From IMG/VR virus record IMGVR_UViG_3300025133_007637, positions 1 through 57,307 of that record: a DNA stretch of 57,307 nt; one strand, 5' to 3'. The notes beneath the pieces are model-generated. The model searched no databases and had not been told where the DNA came from. It worked only from the letters and a program-made list of their open reading frames with translations. Source of the DNA: a virus (lineage: Duplodnaviria > Caudoviricetes). The position numbers and the translations under genes are program-made. Shown in pieces: positions 37,172 through 44,928 of this stretch; the stretch's first letter is position 1, and every line of letters begins with the position of its first letter.

Positions 37172-37364
37172 TGTTAACTCTTGCTTTCATTATTAAACAT
37201 TTAGATTTTTCCCAAGTAAACGGTTCACCAACTGCCCATTTAATTCGATAAGAATAAGCGTGTTCTTTCCTACGACGCCAATCGGAAGAACTTTTGCCTA
37301 TCACAATTCCAAGATGCTCAGAATAATTAAGTTGAACTAAATCGCCAACATTAAATTTGCTCAT
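37161..37364 (-). CDS. Small SH3/KOW-like protein
   Basis: KFNVGDLV...LGIVIG...YRIKW. Confidence 0.7.
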   Translation of the reverse strand: MSKFNVGDLVQLNYSEHLGIVIGKSSSDWRRRKEHAYSYRIKWAVGEPFTWEKSKCLIMKARVNNEK

Positions 37365-37636
37365 TATAACCTCGCCAATACTTTAACTTTAAAATCTTCT
37401 TGTAATGGCGACTTAACTTCAAAAAAGAACTGAGTTCTTCCACTAGTTCCAACCCATTCCCAATATTTTCTTGGGGTTTGGGGATGTGGTTCGACGTGGA
37501 CGCCAACGCATCTTATAATAATACCGATTTCAGTGGGCCAACCAAGTTTTTCGACCTTAATCAAATCGCCTTTTTTGTAATCCCATGAATTTTTCATTAT
37601 GCTTTCGCCTTTTTCAATGAAGTATTCATATAACAT
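37364..37636 (-). CDS. Small SH3/KOW-like protein
   Basis: YKKGDLI...IGIII...VKVLA; start probably MKNSW. Confidence 0.65.
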   Translation of the reverse strand: MLYEYFIEKGESIMKNSWDYKKGDLIKVEKLGWPTEIGIIIRCVGVHVEPHPQTPRKYWEWVGTSGRTQFFFEVKSPLQEDFKVKVLARL

Positions 37637-37854
37637 TGATCGCCAGTATTTTTATCGTGAGCCCAATGCACACGAACAAATTGTTCAGCTTCGTGAAGTT
37701 CATTACTATCGGAATTTCCATCAAACACAGGATCACCCCAATCTTCCACACCAATAACAAGTCCATAAGTTCCCATCGGAGGATGTCTTGTGGAACAAAA
37801 CTGATTGTCCATTTGAACTAAGTCGCCTTTTTTAAACTTTCGCATTTTTTGCAA
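37597..37854 (-). CDS. Small SH3/KOW-like protein
   Basis: KFKKGDLV...YGLVIGV...VRVHW. Confidence 0.7.
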   Translation of the reverse strand: MQKMRKFKKGDLVQMDNQFCSTRHPPMGTYGLVIGVEDWGDPVFDGNSDSNELHEAEQFVRVHWAHDKNTGDQCYMNTSLKKAKA

Positions 37855-38065
37855 TTACCCATGCTCTATCCCACGATGAATAGCATAACCAAATCCGCCC
37901 ATAGGGATGATCCAACCAGTGAATGTCAGCATAACGGGATCTGCGTTTGCCATCGTCGGGATAATCCATTCCAATTTCTGCAACAATGCCAATTTCACCA
38001 GTAAACCACTGGACCAAATCGCCAACCTTAAATTTATCTTTTTTGTTCATTGGGTTTTTCTCCAC
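37832..38065 (-). CDS. Small SH3/KOW-like protein
   Basis: KFKVGDLV...IGIVAEI...YADIHW. Confidence 0.7.
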   Translation of the reverse strand: MEKNPMNKKDKFKVGDLVQWFTGEIGIVAEIGMDYPDDGKRRSRYADIHWLDHPYGRIWLCYSSWDRAWVIAKNAKV

Positions 38066-38354
38066 AATCGCATTCCTTCATTTCAACTTGATGCTTTCTT
38101 AAAAGACAAATGGGGCATCGAACATAGTTTCCATCTCCCAAAGCCCAATACCATTTCCACATCCAAGGTGTTCTAAAAATTATTAATTGCCAAGGACCGA
38201 GATACCAGAGAATGCAACACATTGGAAACCCTGAATGACGACCACAGTTCCAATCAAATTGGAATTTGGCCATTAAGTTTTTGACTTTCATTTTGCTTTT
38301 GCCACCAATGTTAATTGTTTTACTGGTTCCCATGTTGGGTGATGATTCGACCAA
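38034..38354 (-). CDS. Small Cys/Trp-rich protein
   Basis: GRHSGFPMCCILWY...YVRCPIC; start probably MKVKN. Confidence 0.55.
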   Translation of the reverse strand: MVESSPNMGTSKTINIGGKSKMKVKNLMAKFQFDWNCGRHSGFPMCCILWYLGPWQLIIFRTPWMWKWYWALGDGNYVRCPICLLRKHQVEMKECDCGEKPNEQKR

Positions 38355-38482
38355 TGAATTTGATAAGCAGTAGCATGTGAGCCGAAGCTTTTTTTCTGGA
38401 TTATGATTCCTGTTCCAAAGTTTTCACGTTGTGAACAAAATCCGCCCTCAACCAGATCGCCTATGTTAAACTGCTTTTTCAT
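38288..38482 (-). CDS. Small SH3/KOW-like protein
   Basis: QFNIGDLV...TGIII...YQIHW...LTLVA. Confidence 0.7.
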   Translation of the reverse strand: MKKQFNIGDLVEGGFCSQRENFGTGIIIQKKSFGSHATAYQIHWSNHHPTWEPVKQLTLVAKAK

Positions 38483-38718
38483 TTCGCCCTCGCCATTAAT
38501 CTTATTGTTGTTGTTAGTGTCATATGTGTTCGGTTTTTATTTTTCCAATAAACCACTGGGAATTCCCAACTCCTCTTACGATTAATTTTAAACCCCACAA
38601 CAATTCCGTAATCTTTTCCACGTTTACCCGCGTTACTCACCCACCATCGCCAAACAAGATCGTTTTTTTTCGGACGTTCGCCGGTTTTATATGGTTTTCT
38701 TTTTATTTGATGTGCCAA
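38479..38718 (-). CDS. Small SH3/KOW-like protein
   Basis: PKKNDLV...YGIVVG...PVVYW...IRLMARA. Confidence 0.65.
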   Translation of the reverse strand: MAHQIKRKPYKTGERPKKNDLVWRWWVSNAGKRGKDYGIVVGFKINRKRSWEFPVVYWKNKNRTHMTLTTTIRLMARAK

Positions 38719-38980
38719 GTGGAATTACCTTTGTTATTTTTGGTTTAAAAAAAATGATTTCTTCGCCTTTGGTTAGATCCCAACACTCAATTTGTGTTCG
38801 TCCGACTTGGTTGCCTTGCAAATTGGTTACAAGTCGCGTATAGTCACAGATTCTTTTAAAAATTTGACAAGGATCGTGAGGCAAACAAAAATGTTGACCG
38901 TTTTTAACATTAATAAGAAACATCGAACCATCCTTGTTTTTTTGCCTTAATTTGAGAGATTTTGCAATCAAAGATTTCAC
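38687..38980 (-). CDS. Hypothetical protein
   Basis: Coding strand; start probably MFLIN. Confidence 0.45.
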   Translation of the reverse strand: MKSLIAKSLKLRQKNKDGSMFLINVKNGQHFCLPHDPCQIFKRICDYTRLVTNLQGNQVGRTQIECWDLTKGEEIIFFKPKITKVIPLGTSNKKKTI

Positions 38981-39128
38981 CAGTGCCTAACTCGACCGCA
39001 ACAGTTCTGCTCGCATTTTCTGTCCAATTGTTGAAATTTATGACAGTTGCGGGCATTTCTTGCCCACCATTGATAACGATGACCGATTGTCCGACAAGCA
39101 CAGTGTTTTTGATCTTTGACAAATTCAT
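38910..39128 (-). CDS. Small beta-barrel-like protein, probably leaderless
   Basis: LVGQSVIV...ATVI...VAVEL.TGE; ATG 5 nt after the -10. Confidence 0.6.
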   Translation of the reverse strand: MNLSKIKNTVLVGQSVIVINGGQEMPATVINFNNWTENASRTVAVELGTGEIFDCKISQIKAKKQGWFDVSY

Positions 39129-39133
39129 ACCCC

Positions 39134-39176
39134 ATTATCGCATGAATTGCCTGAAATGTCAATGATAGTAAACCCT
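39134..39176 (-). promoter_or_regulatory. Early-type promoter with proximal AGGGTT box
   Basis: TTGACA-17 nt-GATAAT; CCCT starts 11 nt beyond the -35. Confidence 0.7.
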
Positions 39177-39230
39177 TATGTGGGCTTTTATGTGGGCTTT
39201 TTAATTTGAAATTTTTTTTCTGTGATTTTT

Positions 39231-39482
39231 TTAATTATTAATCTTTTCGATTTCGTCTTCGTTCCATAGAACGACTGAGTAATAATTGGCATCAACTGCC
39301 AAATGTATGGTATATGCTGGGAGGTATGGGCTTGATGTCAAGATGCTTTCTTTGCCCCAAGTCCCGCATTTGTGAGTTTCGGTTATAATGCCGAATTGTC
39401 CTTGCAAATTTGGGGGAACTGATTTTGAGCATTTAAGCCGAACGAGTTCACCGATTTTGAATTTGTATTTTTGTTCTGACAA
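39231..39482 (-). CDS. Small SH3/KOW-like protein
   Basis: KFKIGELVRL...FGIITE...YTIHL...EDEIEKI. Confidence 0.7.
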   Translation of the reverse strand: MSEQKYKFKIGELVRLKCSKSVPPNLQGQFGIITETHKCGTWGKESILTSSPYLPAYTIHLAVDANYYSVVLWNEDEIEKINN

Positions 39483-39505
39483 GCACTCATAATTACTTAA
39501 TTAAC

Positions 39506-39721
39506 TTATGCTTCGGCCAAAAGAATTATTTTATCTGCCCGAACGTCCCAATAGATTTTGCTGTCCATTCCATGCAATTTATAATAAATTTGTCCGCCAA
39601 TTTGCGGATAGGTGTTTTTGTCGAGCACTACGGCTGTGATGTAAGGTTGTTCGTCGATGTGCCACCGAACGTGTGGTTTTTTAATTATTACTAAGTCGCC
39701 TGGTTTGAGTGATGTGTGCAT
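39506..39721 (-). CDS. Small SH3/KOW-like protein
   Basis: LKPGDLVII...AVVLD...YYKL...IILLA. Confidence 0.65.
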   Translation of the reverse strand: MHTSLKPGDLVIIKKPHVRWHIDEQPYITAVVLDKNTYPQIGGQIYYKLHGMDSKIYWDVRADKIILLAEA

Positions 39722-39864
39722 TTTCCAAATCTCAAAAATTTACCGGCGCATTGAAAATGTACTTAGCCGCCAGCGGCGGCACCGCCAACGCTAGGGACAT
39801 AGATTCCGGGGTGGGGGGGTGCCCCCCTCCGTCAACTTGCGTTGCATGTCAATTCAAATTGCGA

Positions 39865-40110
39865 CTATTTCCATTCGCTGTTCTCCCAATCGTCAAGCGT
39901 TTCCTGTGCAACAAGTGTAACACGACCTTGATCGCTTGGCAAGAATTTGTTTATGTGTTTGCTTGTAGTGACAGACCACTTGCGATCAGTCTTGAACCAT
40001 GCGCCAGTTGGTGACTGCAAAGCAACAGGGGTTTCGTAAGAGTAAAGAACCTCAACACCGCTTGCTGATTCGACGATGGTTTGGTTTGATCCGTTTGGTT
40101 TAACTTTCAT
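39865..40110 (-). CDS. Conserved phage hypothetical protein
   Basis: SNQT...VLYSYETPVA...WSVTTSKHINKFL pattern recalled from phage early proteins; AAGGA SD. Confidence 0.7.
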   Translation of the reverse strand: MKVKPNGSNQTIVESASGVEVLYSYETPVALQSPTGAWFKTDRKWSVTTSKHINKFLPSDQGRVTLVAQETLDDWENSEWK

Positions 40111-40155
40111 AATACTTCCTTGATTCCTTATAGGTCAATGGTTAATGGTTATAGA

Positions 40156-40398
40156 TTATAGACAAATGCTAACGTCGAAAGGGTCGCGTCCATCGGCATC
40201 GACTGGCGAATCTTGCACAAGCGGTAATGCTGCTTGCACTTCACCCGAACCAATAAGACTCACAGCTTCGGCAAAATACTTTTCATGCATGTCAAGAAAC
40301 ATGCCGTTATCAACGATCTCTTGAATGAAATCAATGTTTTCTTCTCGGCTCATTAGCTTATTCGAGAAACGATCCATTTTTTGTAGTATTCCAAACAT
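40156..40398 (-). CDS. Hypothetical protein, distantly similar to 49538-49717
   Basis: DFIQEIVDNGM...Y...A.SLI.SG vs EFFQGLINSGM...Y...A.SLI.EG. Confidence 0.6.
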   Translation of the reverse strand: MFGILQKMDRFSNKLMSREENIDFIQEIVDNGMFLDMHEKYFAEAVSLIGSGEVQAALPLVQDSPVDADGRDPFDVSICL

Positions 40399-40418
40399 TA
40401 TAATTCTGATTCCTTTTT

Positions 40419-40598
40419 TTAGTAAGATTGCACGGTTTCAAAACCGTATCCGTTATTGTCTTTTAGTGACCAAAAAAGATCGATTGCTTTCAAGCGAAGG
40501 GATCTTTTTGATTCGTCGGGGAATGCTTCAACTTGGTAAAGATCCAAGTATTCAAGCAGTTCATTTTTATCCATGTTTTTTATTTCAGTCAAATTCAT
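40419..40598 (-). CDS. 59-aa hypothetical protein, leaderless (not in ORF track)
   Basis: MNLTEIKNMDKNELLEYL...; ATG 6 nt after GATAAT. Confidence 0.55.
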   Translation of the reverse strand: MNLTEIKNMDKNELLEYLDLYQVEAFPDESKRSLRLKAIDLFWSLKDNNGYGFETVQSY

Positions 40599-40604
40599 AA
40601 TCGT

Positions 40605-40688
40605 ATTATCTCATCCTTGTGGGCTGTTTGGCAATTAGCATAAACCCTACTTTTGTCGTTTTTTTAATCTTTTCTGTGGAAACCCTTA
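40605..40688 (-). promoter_or_regulatory. Promoter cassette with two AGGGTT boxes
   Basis: TTGCCA-18 nt-GATAAT; CCCT at +11 and +49 from the -35. Confidence 0.6.
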
Positions 40689-40844
40689 GTAAGTTGGGAC
40701 CAGAATGAAGGTATAACCCGGACCATATGAGTCCTGGTATTTCTTGACCAGCTTGAGAGCGTTGAAAGATTTTGACTCGCTAAGAGTCATCGGGACATCG
40801 AAGTGTGAACCGTTTGGGTGAATCCCTGTAATTTTAAATGACAT
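40686..40844 (-). CDS. 52-aa hypothetical protein (not in ORF track)
   Basis: MSFKITGIHPNGSHFDVP...; its TAA stop is the first triplet of the TAAGGGTT box. Confidence 0.5.
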   Translation of the reverse strand: MSFKITGIHPNGSHFDVPMTLSESKSFNALKLVKKYQDSYGPGYTFILVPTY

Positions 40845-40897
40845 GTGTAATAACCTTTGCTGTTTGACAGCTTTATAGGGGTGAAAGTGAATTGCTG

Positions 40898-41122
40898 CTA
40901 GTCTGCATCCAAATAGTTTTGATTTTCAATGCAAGTGACATCCCCAGCATAGATCGCCTTGTGGCCAGTGTAAACCAATAGTTGACCATCATTGTCGGTC
41001 GATACTTCGGCTTGACCTTTGAAAAGGATCGTCATAGCTCGTTCAAGATCGCTCTTGGTTGCAAGTTGGCTGCGAAGTACCTCCGCGAGTGCTTTAATTT
41101 TTTGTTCTTTAGTAACTTCCAT
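40898..41122 (-). CDS. Hypothetical protein, paralog of 41214-41480
   Basis: LRSQL...AM..LFKG.A....DND.Q..VYTGH.A. Confidence 0.7.
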   Translation of the reverse strand: MEVTKEQKIKALAEVLRSQLATKSDLERAMTILFKGQAEVSTDNDGQLLVYTGHKAIYAGDVTCIENQNYLDAD

Positions 41123-41145
41123 AATTTCCTAATCTTTATACCTGT

Positions 41146-41216
41146 ATTGTCTCACAATGGGGCTTGCTTGTCAACAATAAAATGTTATTTATTTATCTTT
41201 TCTGTGTAAACCCTTA
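41146..41216 (-). promoter_or_regulatory. Promoter cassette
   Basis: TAAGGGTTTACACAGAAA; TTGACA-17 nt-GACAAT; CCCT at +37. Confidence 0.75.
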
Positions 41217-41480
41217 ATCTTTTCTCGATTCAAGATAATTGTTTTCTAAAGAATCCATGCAAGATGCCGACATTAGACGAGCAGCAGCACCATAATCTTG
41301 GATGTCCGCTTGGTGTCCGGTATAGACCACAACCTGATGATCATTGTCAAGCTCGATGCCCGCTTCACCTTTGAACAATTCTTTCATCGCATACGAGAAA
41401 GATGCAAAGTCGGTTAGTTGCTCTCGCAAGTATTTTGCAATAACTCTGATTTCATTTTTCTTTTTATCACTCAATTTCAT
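41214..41480 (-). CDS. Hypothetical protein, paralog of 40898-41122, leaderless
   Basis: LREQL...AM..LFKG.A....DND.Q..VYTGH.A. Confidence 0.7.
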   Translation of the reverse strand: MKLSDKKKNEIRVIAKYLREQLTDFASFSYAMKELFKGEAGIELDNDHQVVVYTGHQADIQDYGAAARLMSASCMDSLENNYLESRKD

Positions 41481-41486
41481 AACTGT

Positions 41487-41557
41487 ATTATCTCCTATCC
41501 GGTCAGACTTGTCAACAAAAAAAGATAAATAAATAATCTTTTCTGTGTTAACCCTTA
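41487..41557 (-). promoter_or_regulatory. Promoter cassette
   Basis: TAAGGGTTAACACAGAAA; TTGACA-17 nt-GATAAT; CCCT at +37. Confidence 0.75.
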
Positions 41558-41725
41558 GTCGATGCGGTTGCCATTTTGGTCAACGATCCACAGTCGGCCC
41601 CAATCAGCACCAAATGCCATGACGTATTCTGCTAACATTCGGCGGGCATAACCCGAAGTGTGAAATCCTTCATCGATGATTTCATCTTGTGTGTTGCCTT
41701 GATAATTTCCTATGATTTTATACAT
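41555..41725 (-). CDS. 56-aa hypothetical protein (not in ORF track)
   Basis: GGAGG SD; MYKIIGNYQG...EIIDE...ARRMLAEYVMAFGADW..; stop inside the TAAGGGTT box. Confidence 0.65.
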   Translation of the reverse strand: MYKIIGNYQGNTQDEIIDEGFHTSGYARRMLAEYVMAFGADWGRLWIVDQNGNRID

Positions 41726-41754
41726 TAGTTTATTCCTCCAAACTTTCTAACTGT

Positions 41755-41825
41755 ATTATCTCATAGGCCTAAAAAAATGTCAAGATAAAAGATTAATCAA
41801 TTGTCGATTTCTGTGTTAACCCTTA
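41755..41825 (-). promoter_or_regulatory. Promoter cassette
   Basis: TAAGGGTTAACACAGAAA; TTGACA-17 nt-GATAAT; CCCT at +37. Confidence 0.75.
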
Positions 41826-41838
41826 GTCAAGATGTCAC

Positions 41839-41911
41839 TTTTAATTTTGGCCAGTGCCTGCGATGAAAGTTTTAATTTTGCTAGCTCTTCCATATAAAAG
41901 TTTTAATTTGC
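41839..41911. repeat. Three phased TTTTAATTT(T)G repeats at 31-nt period
   Basis: Copies start at 41839, 41870 and 41901. Confidence 0.6.
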
Positions 41912-42450
41912 ATATCACTCTTGCTGTTTATGCTTTCCCTTATAGGGATTACCCTATGCGGGACAGTGATTTTATCACATCCGGTCATGACTGTCAATGA
42001 TTAATTTAATGTTTATGTCGATTTTCGTGTAAACCCTGAATGTCTAGAATGCGTTTAATCCGCGATCTAACCGGTGTCGAATCAACTTAAGGGTTTTCAC
42101 TGTCCCGGCTGGGTTAACCCTACACTGCCGCAAACTGACAGTTTGACAGACTGGCCCGCAATCTCGCTTGCATTGTTCGCAACTGCGGTTGACTGCGCAG
42201 GTTGGCTTGACATGCAATTTGTCCTGCATTGTGCAAGTTTGGTTGACGTTGCAAGGCTTGTTGACATTGGCTTAAAGTGCTTGTGATGCGAGTATGCAGG
42301 TTGTATTGCAGGTTTGCAAGATACCTTGCGAGCGTATCAGATACGCCAAAACAAACCCCCATTCCTCCACTTCGCCCCACTCTAAGCCACTTTCCATCAC
42401 TTCCCACTATTACTTTCACAATGCCTTTGCCTGTTTCCCACTCCATCACG

Positions 42451-42630
42451 TTACTTCATAAAAGGTGTCAATTCATTTACATTCGCATGATAATGCATAT
42501 TGTCCATTAATTTTATCAATGCAACTTTGTTTCTCAACTCTACCACTTGGCCTATCCATTCTTCTTCGTTGATTGTTACTCTTACCATTGAATCAAGTTT
42601 AATTTTGTTTTTTAATTTACTCTTTTTCAT
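42451..42630 (-). CDS. 59-aa small beta-barrel-like protein (not in ORF track)
   Basis: MKKSKLKNKIKLDSMVRVTINEEEWIGQVVELRNKVALIKL...; ATG overlaps the upstream TAA. Confidence 0.6.
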   Translation of the reverse strand: MKKSKLKNKIKLDSMVRVTINEEEWIGQVVELRNKVALIKLMDNMHYHANVNELTPFMK

Positions 42631-43019
42631 TATAGTTGTTCCACACCAATGTTATTCCAATTATCTAAATGTCTGCCATAGTCGTCGTCATGTCTTGTGA
42701 TGTCATCTTCTCCGAGGTATGAACCAAACTGAGTTTCAATGAAAACTAAATCTTCTTCTTTGCTTGTGTTCTCGATTCGATGCTTCATGCCTTTGCTAAT
42801 CATCACAACGGCTGCTGTCGTTACATCATCTTCTTTGTTATCAATGGTTATCTTTCCTTGACCTGAAACAATTAACCATGCTTCTGCTCTGTGTTTATGC
42901 TCTTGATAACTTTGTCGATGTCCTGGTTTAATCGAGATTCGTTTAACTCTATATTCTTTTCCTTCTGTCACAACCTTTGCAGCTCCCCACGGATAAGGTC
43001 TTTCATCATTGTTCGTCAT
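42630..43019 (-). CDS. Mannose-6-phosphate isomerase type II cupin domain
   Basis: PWG, VKRISIKPG.RQSYQEHKHRAEAW, HRIEN, IETQFGSYLGEDDI.R..DDYGR. Confidence 0.88.
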   Translation of the reverse strand: MTNNDERPYPWGAAKVVTEGKEYRVKRISIKPGHRQSYQEHKHRAEAWLIVSGQGKITIDNKEDDVTTAAVVMISKGMKHRIENTSKEEDLVFIETQFGSYLGEDDITRHDDDYGRHLDNWNNIGVEQL

Positions 43020-43136
43020 TATTTTTTTCCTCTGTGAATAAATTTATTTTGTGTCCGCTTTTTCTATCGGAAAAATGAATCAAAGCGATCAACGTTCCAC
43101 CAATAACTACAGACCAGATTGCTAAATAAACAACTG

Positions 43137-43319
43137 TCATTCTTCAAGCACCTTCTCTCTTAAATTTTTGATGAATCTTTTAAGATTTCTGTATCCTTTT
43201 TGTTCTGTTGATGTCAAGGGTCGAGCAGCTTCCACTTCGATTTTTTCTTCAAATTCATCATAAATTTTTTGCCACTCTTTATTTTCTTTGTATTCTTTGA
43301 GATCAATTATCTTTGTCAT
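43137..43319 (-). CDS. Hypothetical protein
   Basis: AAGGA SD; MTKIIDLKEYK start. Confidence 0.55.
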   Translation of the reverse strand: MTKIIDLKEYKENKEWQKIYDEFEEKIEVEAARPLTSTEQKGYRNLKRFIKNLREKVLEE

Positions 43320-43488
43320 TTGTTTTCCTTATTAAATGTTCTTCAACCCAATTACTTGTGTCTGCATCGAATTGAATTTTGATCCATTTGTCTCTACTAT
43401 CGTTCCAAAAATAATCTTCTTTCTTTATTTGTTCGCCAATTTTTAAGAATCTAAATCCCTCTGGCAAAAACTTATTCTCTTTATTCAT
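43303..43488 (-). CDS. Hypothetical protein
   Basis: PEGFRFLKIGEQIKKED.FW...W; coupled to neighbours. Confidence 0.55.
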   Translation of the reverse strand: MNKENKFLPEGFRFLKIGEQIKKEDYFWNDSRDKWIKIQFDADTSNWVEEHLIRKTNDKDN

Positions 43489-43716
43489 TTATTCTGCTCT
43501 CGCTCTTATTTCTGTTTTATCCCATCCCATTGAACCACGAAAGATTTTAGTCTGAAATCCGTGCAAATTGTTTTGCCATCGAATGTCAGCGTAATCACAA
43601 ACACCTGAACCCTCACCGAATCCGGGCCGAACTTTGTATCCAACCTCTAACACGACTCCATAACCTCTAAGGTTTGCCCAGACAAAATCACCTTTCTGAA
43701 ATTTGTGTTTAATCAT
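43489..43716 (-). CDS. Small SH3/KOW-like protein
   Basis: KFQKGDFV...YGVVLEV...YADIRW. Confidence 0.7.
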   Translation of the reverse strand: MIKHKFQKGDFVWANLRGYGVVLEVGYKVRPGFGEGSGVCDYADIRWQNNLHGFQTKIFRGSMGWDKTEIRARAE

Positions 43717-43947
43717 TTATATTTTCTTCTTCTGGTTCATCTCTTTTAAAATCTTCTGAGAGTTTATCCCAATCTAACATTAGGACTCCACCTTTATAGA
43801 AGGTCAAGCATGTAAACATCAAACCAATGGTTGCGAATACTGTTAGAAACATCTCTATTGCTATCTTTATAATTGTTATACTCATTTATTTATTTTCCTT
43901 TATTGCCTTTTTCCATTGAAGCCATAATGACCATAAGACTATTTCAA

Positions 43948-44286
43948 TCATTTTATTTCTTCTGCTCGCGCCTTTGATGCTTCTTCTGGTGTTTTATAAT
44001 AACCAATAAGCTGATCACCGATGACCGCTGCCCAACGATGCGTGTCTGATTGTGGACCTTTCTTGCGCTTCACCCATGAGACACCCTCAAGTTGAGGCCA
44101 TGCTTTTGTTGGCTCTTTTATCTTTCTTGGTCTGCCACGTTTTCTTTTTGATTCTTCGATCAAAATCTTTGGCTTGTTTTTCGAACCCCTCGGCCTTCCT
44201 CGCTTTCGCTTTGGTTCTTTGATTAACTTCTTTGGCTTGTTCTTTGACCCTTTTGGTCTGCCACGTTTTCTTTTAATTTCTTCCAT
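43948..44286 (-). CDS. Triple AT-hook protein with C-terminal AP2-like domain
   Basis: 3x KRKRGRP(K/R); GVSW.K....RWAAVI....IGYYKTPEEASKAR. Confidence 0.7.
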   Translation of the reverse strand: MEEIKRKRGRPKGSKNKPKKLIKEPKRKRGRPRGSKNKPKILIEESKRKRGRPRKIKEPTKAWPQLEGVSWVKRKKGPQSDTHRWAAVIGDQLIGYYKTPEEASKARAEEIK

Positions 44287-44298
44287 GAGTCTAAATGC

Positions 44299-44333
44299 AA
44301 AAAGTGCGCTTACCTATTATAGCAAGCGCACTC
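44299..44333 (-). terminator. Rho-independent terminator
   Basis: AGTGCGCTT...AAGCGCACT hairpin followed by a T run. Confidence 0.7.
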
Positions 44334-44353
44334 TTAGTTTTTAATTTTTTTCC

Positions 44354-44791
44354 TTATACCTTCTTTCGTCGGCCACGTTTGAAGCGTCCAAGCTCAACAC
44401 CACGCTTGCGTAAGTTGCTTGCTTTGACTGCGGTGCTTGCGGGTGATGATCCGAGCATTTTTGCAACCTCATTCAATGAGCCATTTTCAAGTGCTGCGTT
44501 CCACATTTCAATGAAAACACTTTCATCAACCTTTGCGGGCCTTCCTCGTTTGCGCTTGGCTGGTTTTGTTTCCTTAACTTCTTCTAAAGTTTCAAGACGC
44601 AAATCGTCAATGGTAATTGGTTGAACTTCCCGTCGCTTTTCTATTTCTATTTCTTTGTTTATTTCGTCGATTAAATTCATGATTGTATTCCTTCTAAGTT
44701 TAGCAACGGACTCAAATGTGATAACATTAATTCCGCTTTTATTTGTTTTAATTCTGGTGATGCGTCTTTTCCCATTCTTGATAAATCCCAC
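44354..44791 (-). CDS. AT-hook plus HTH DNA-binding protein
   Basis: KRKRGRPAK; SLNEVAKMLG....TAVKASNLRKRGVEL; start probably MNLID. Confidence 0.65.
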   Translation of the reverse strand: MGFIKNGKRRITRIKTNKSGINVITFESVAKLRRNTIMNLIDEINKEIEIEKRREVQPITIDDLRLETLEEVKETKPAKRKRGRPAKVDESVFIEMWNAALENGSLNEVAKMLGSSPASTAVKASNLRKRGVELGRFKRGRRKKV

Positions 44792-44928
44792 ATCAATTCT
44801 TCTACTCTATCTTTTCCCAAGCCGTCGATGGCATCTTCTAACAAATCAGCTGAAGCAAGAACGTCTGCATATTTGTTTAGCATGATCATCGCGGCTTTGA
44901 TCAAAAGTAATCCTTCTGTTTCAGTCAA
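44677..44928 (-). CDS. Hypothetical protein
   Basis: Coupled to both neighbours. Confidence 0.5.
   Translation of the reverse strand: MTETEGLLLIKAAMIMLNKYADVLASADLLEDAIDGLGKDRVEELMWDLSRMGKDASPELKQIKAELMLSHLSPLLNLEGIQS

Noticed and set aside
39176-39199. 12-bp tandem duplication TTATGTGGGCTT x2
   Set aside because: Only two copies next to a promoter box; no independent function can be supported.
40600-42040. Recurring TTTCTGTGTWAACCCTTA units as a CRISPR array or integron attC sites
   Set aside because: Spacing is 200-500 nt and irregular, each unit carries a promoter, there is no attC-type palindrome with RYYYAAC/GTTRRRY ends, and no integrase is present.
42044-42449. Track ORFs 42044-42229, 42074-42286, 42120-42449 and 42277-42510
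   Set aside because: No SD, composition driven by DNA repeats, and mutually overlapping on both strands; treated as non-coding.
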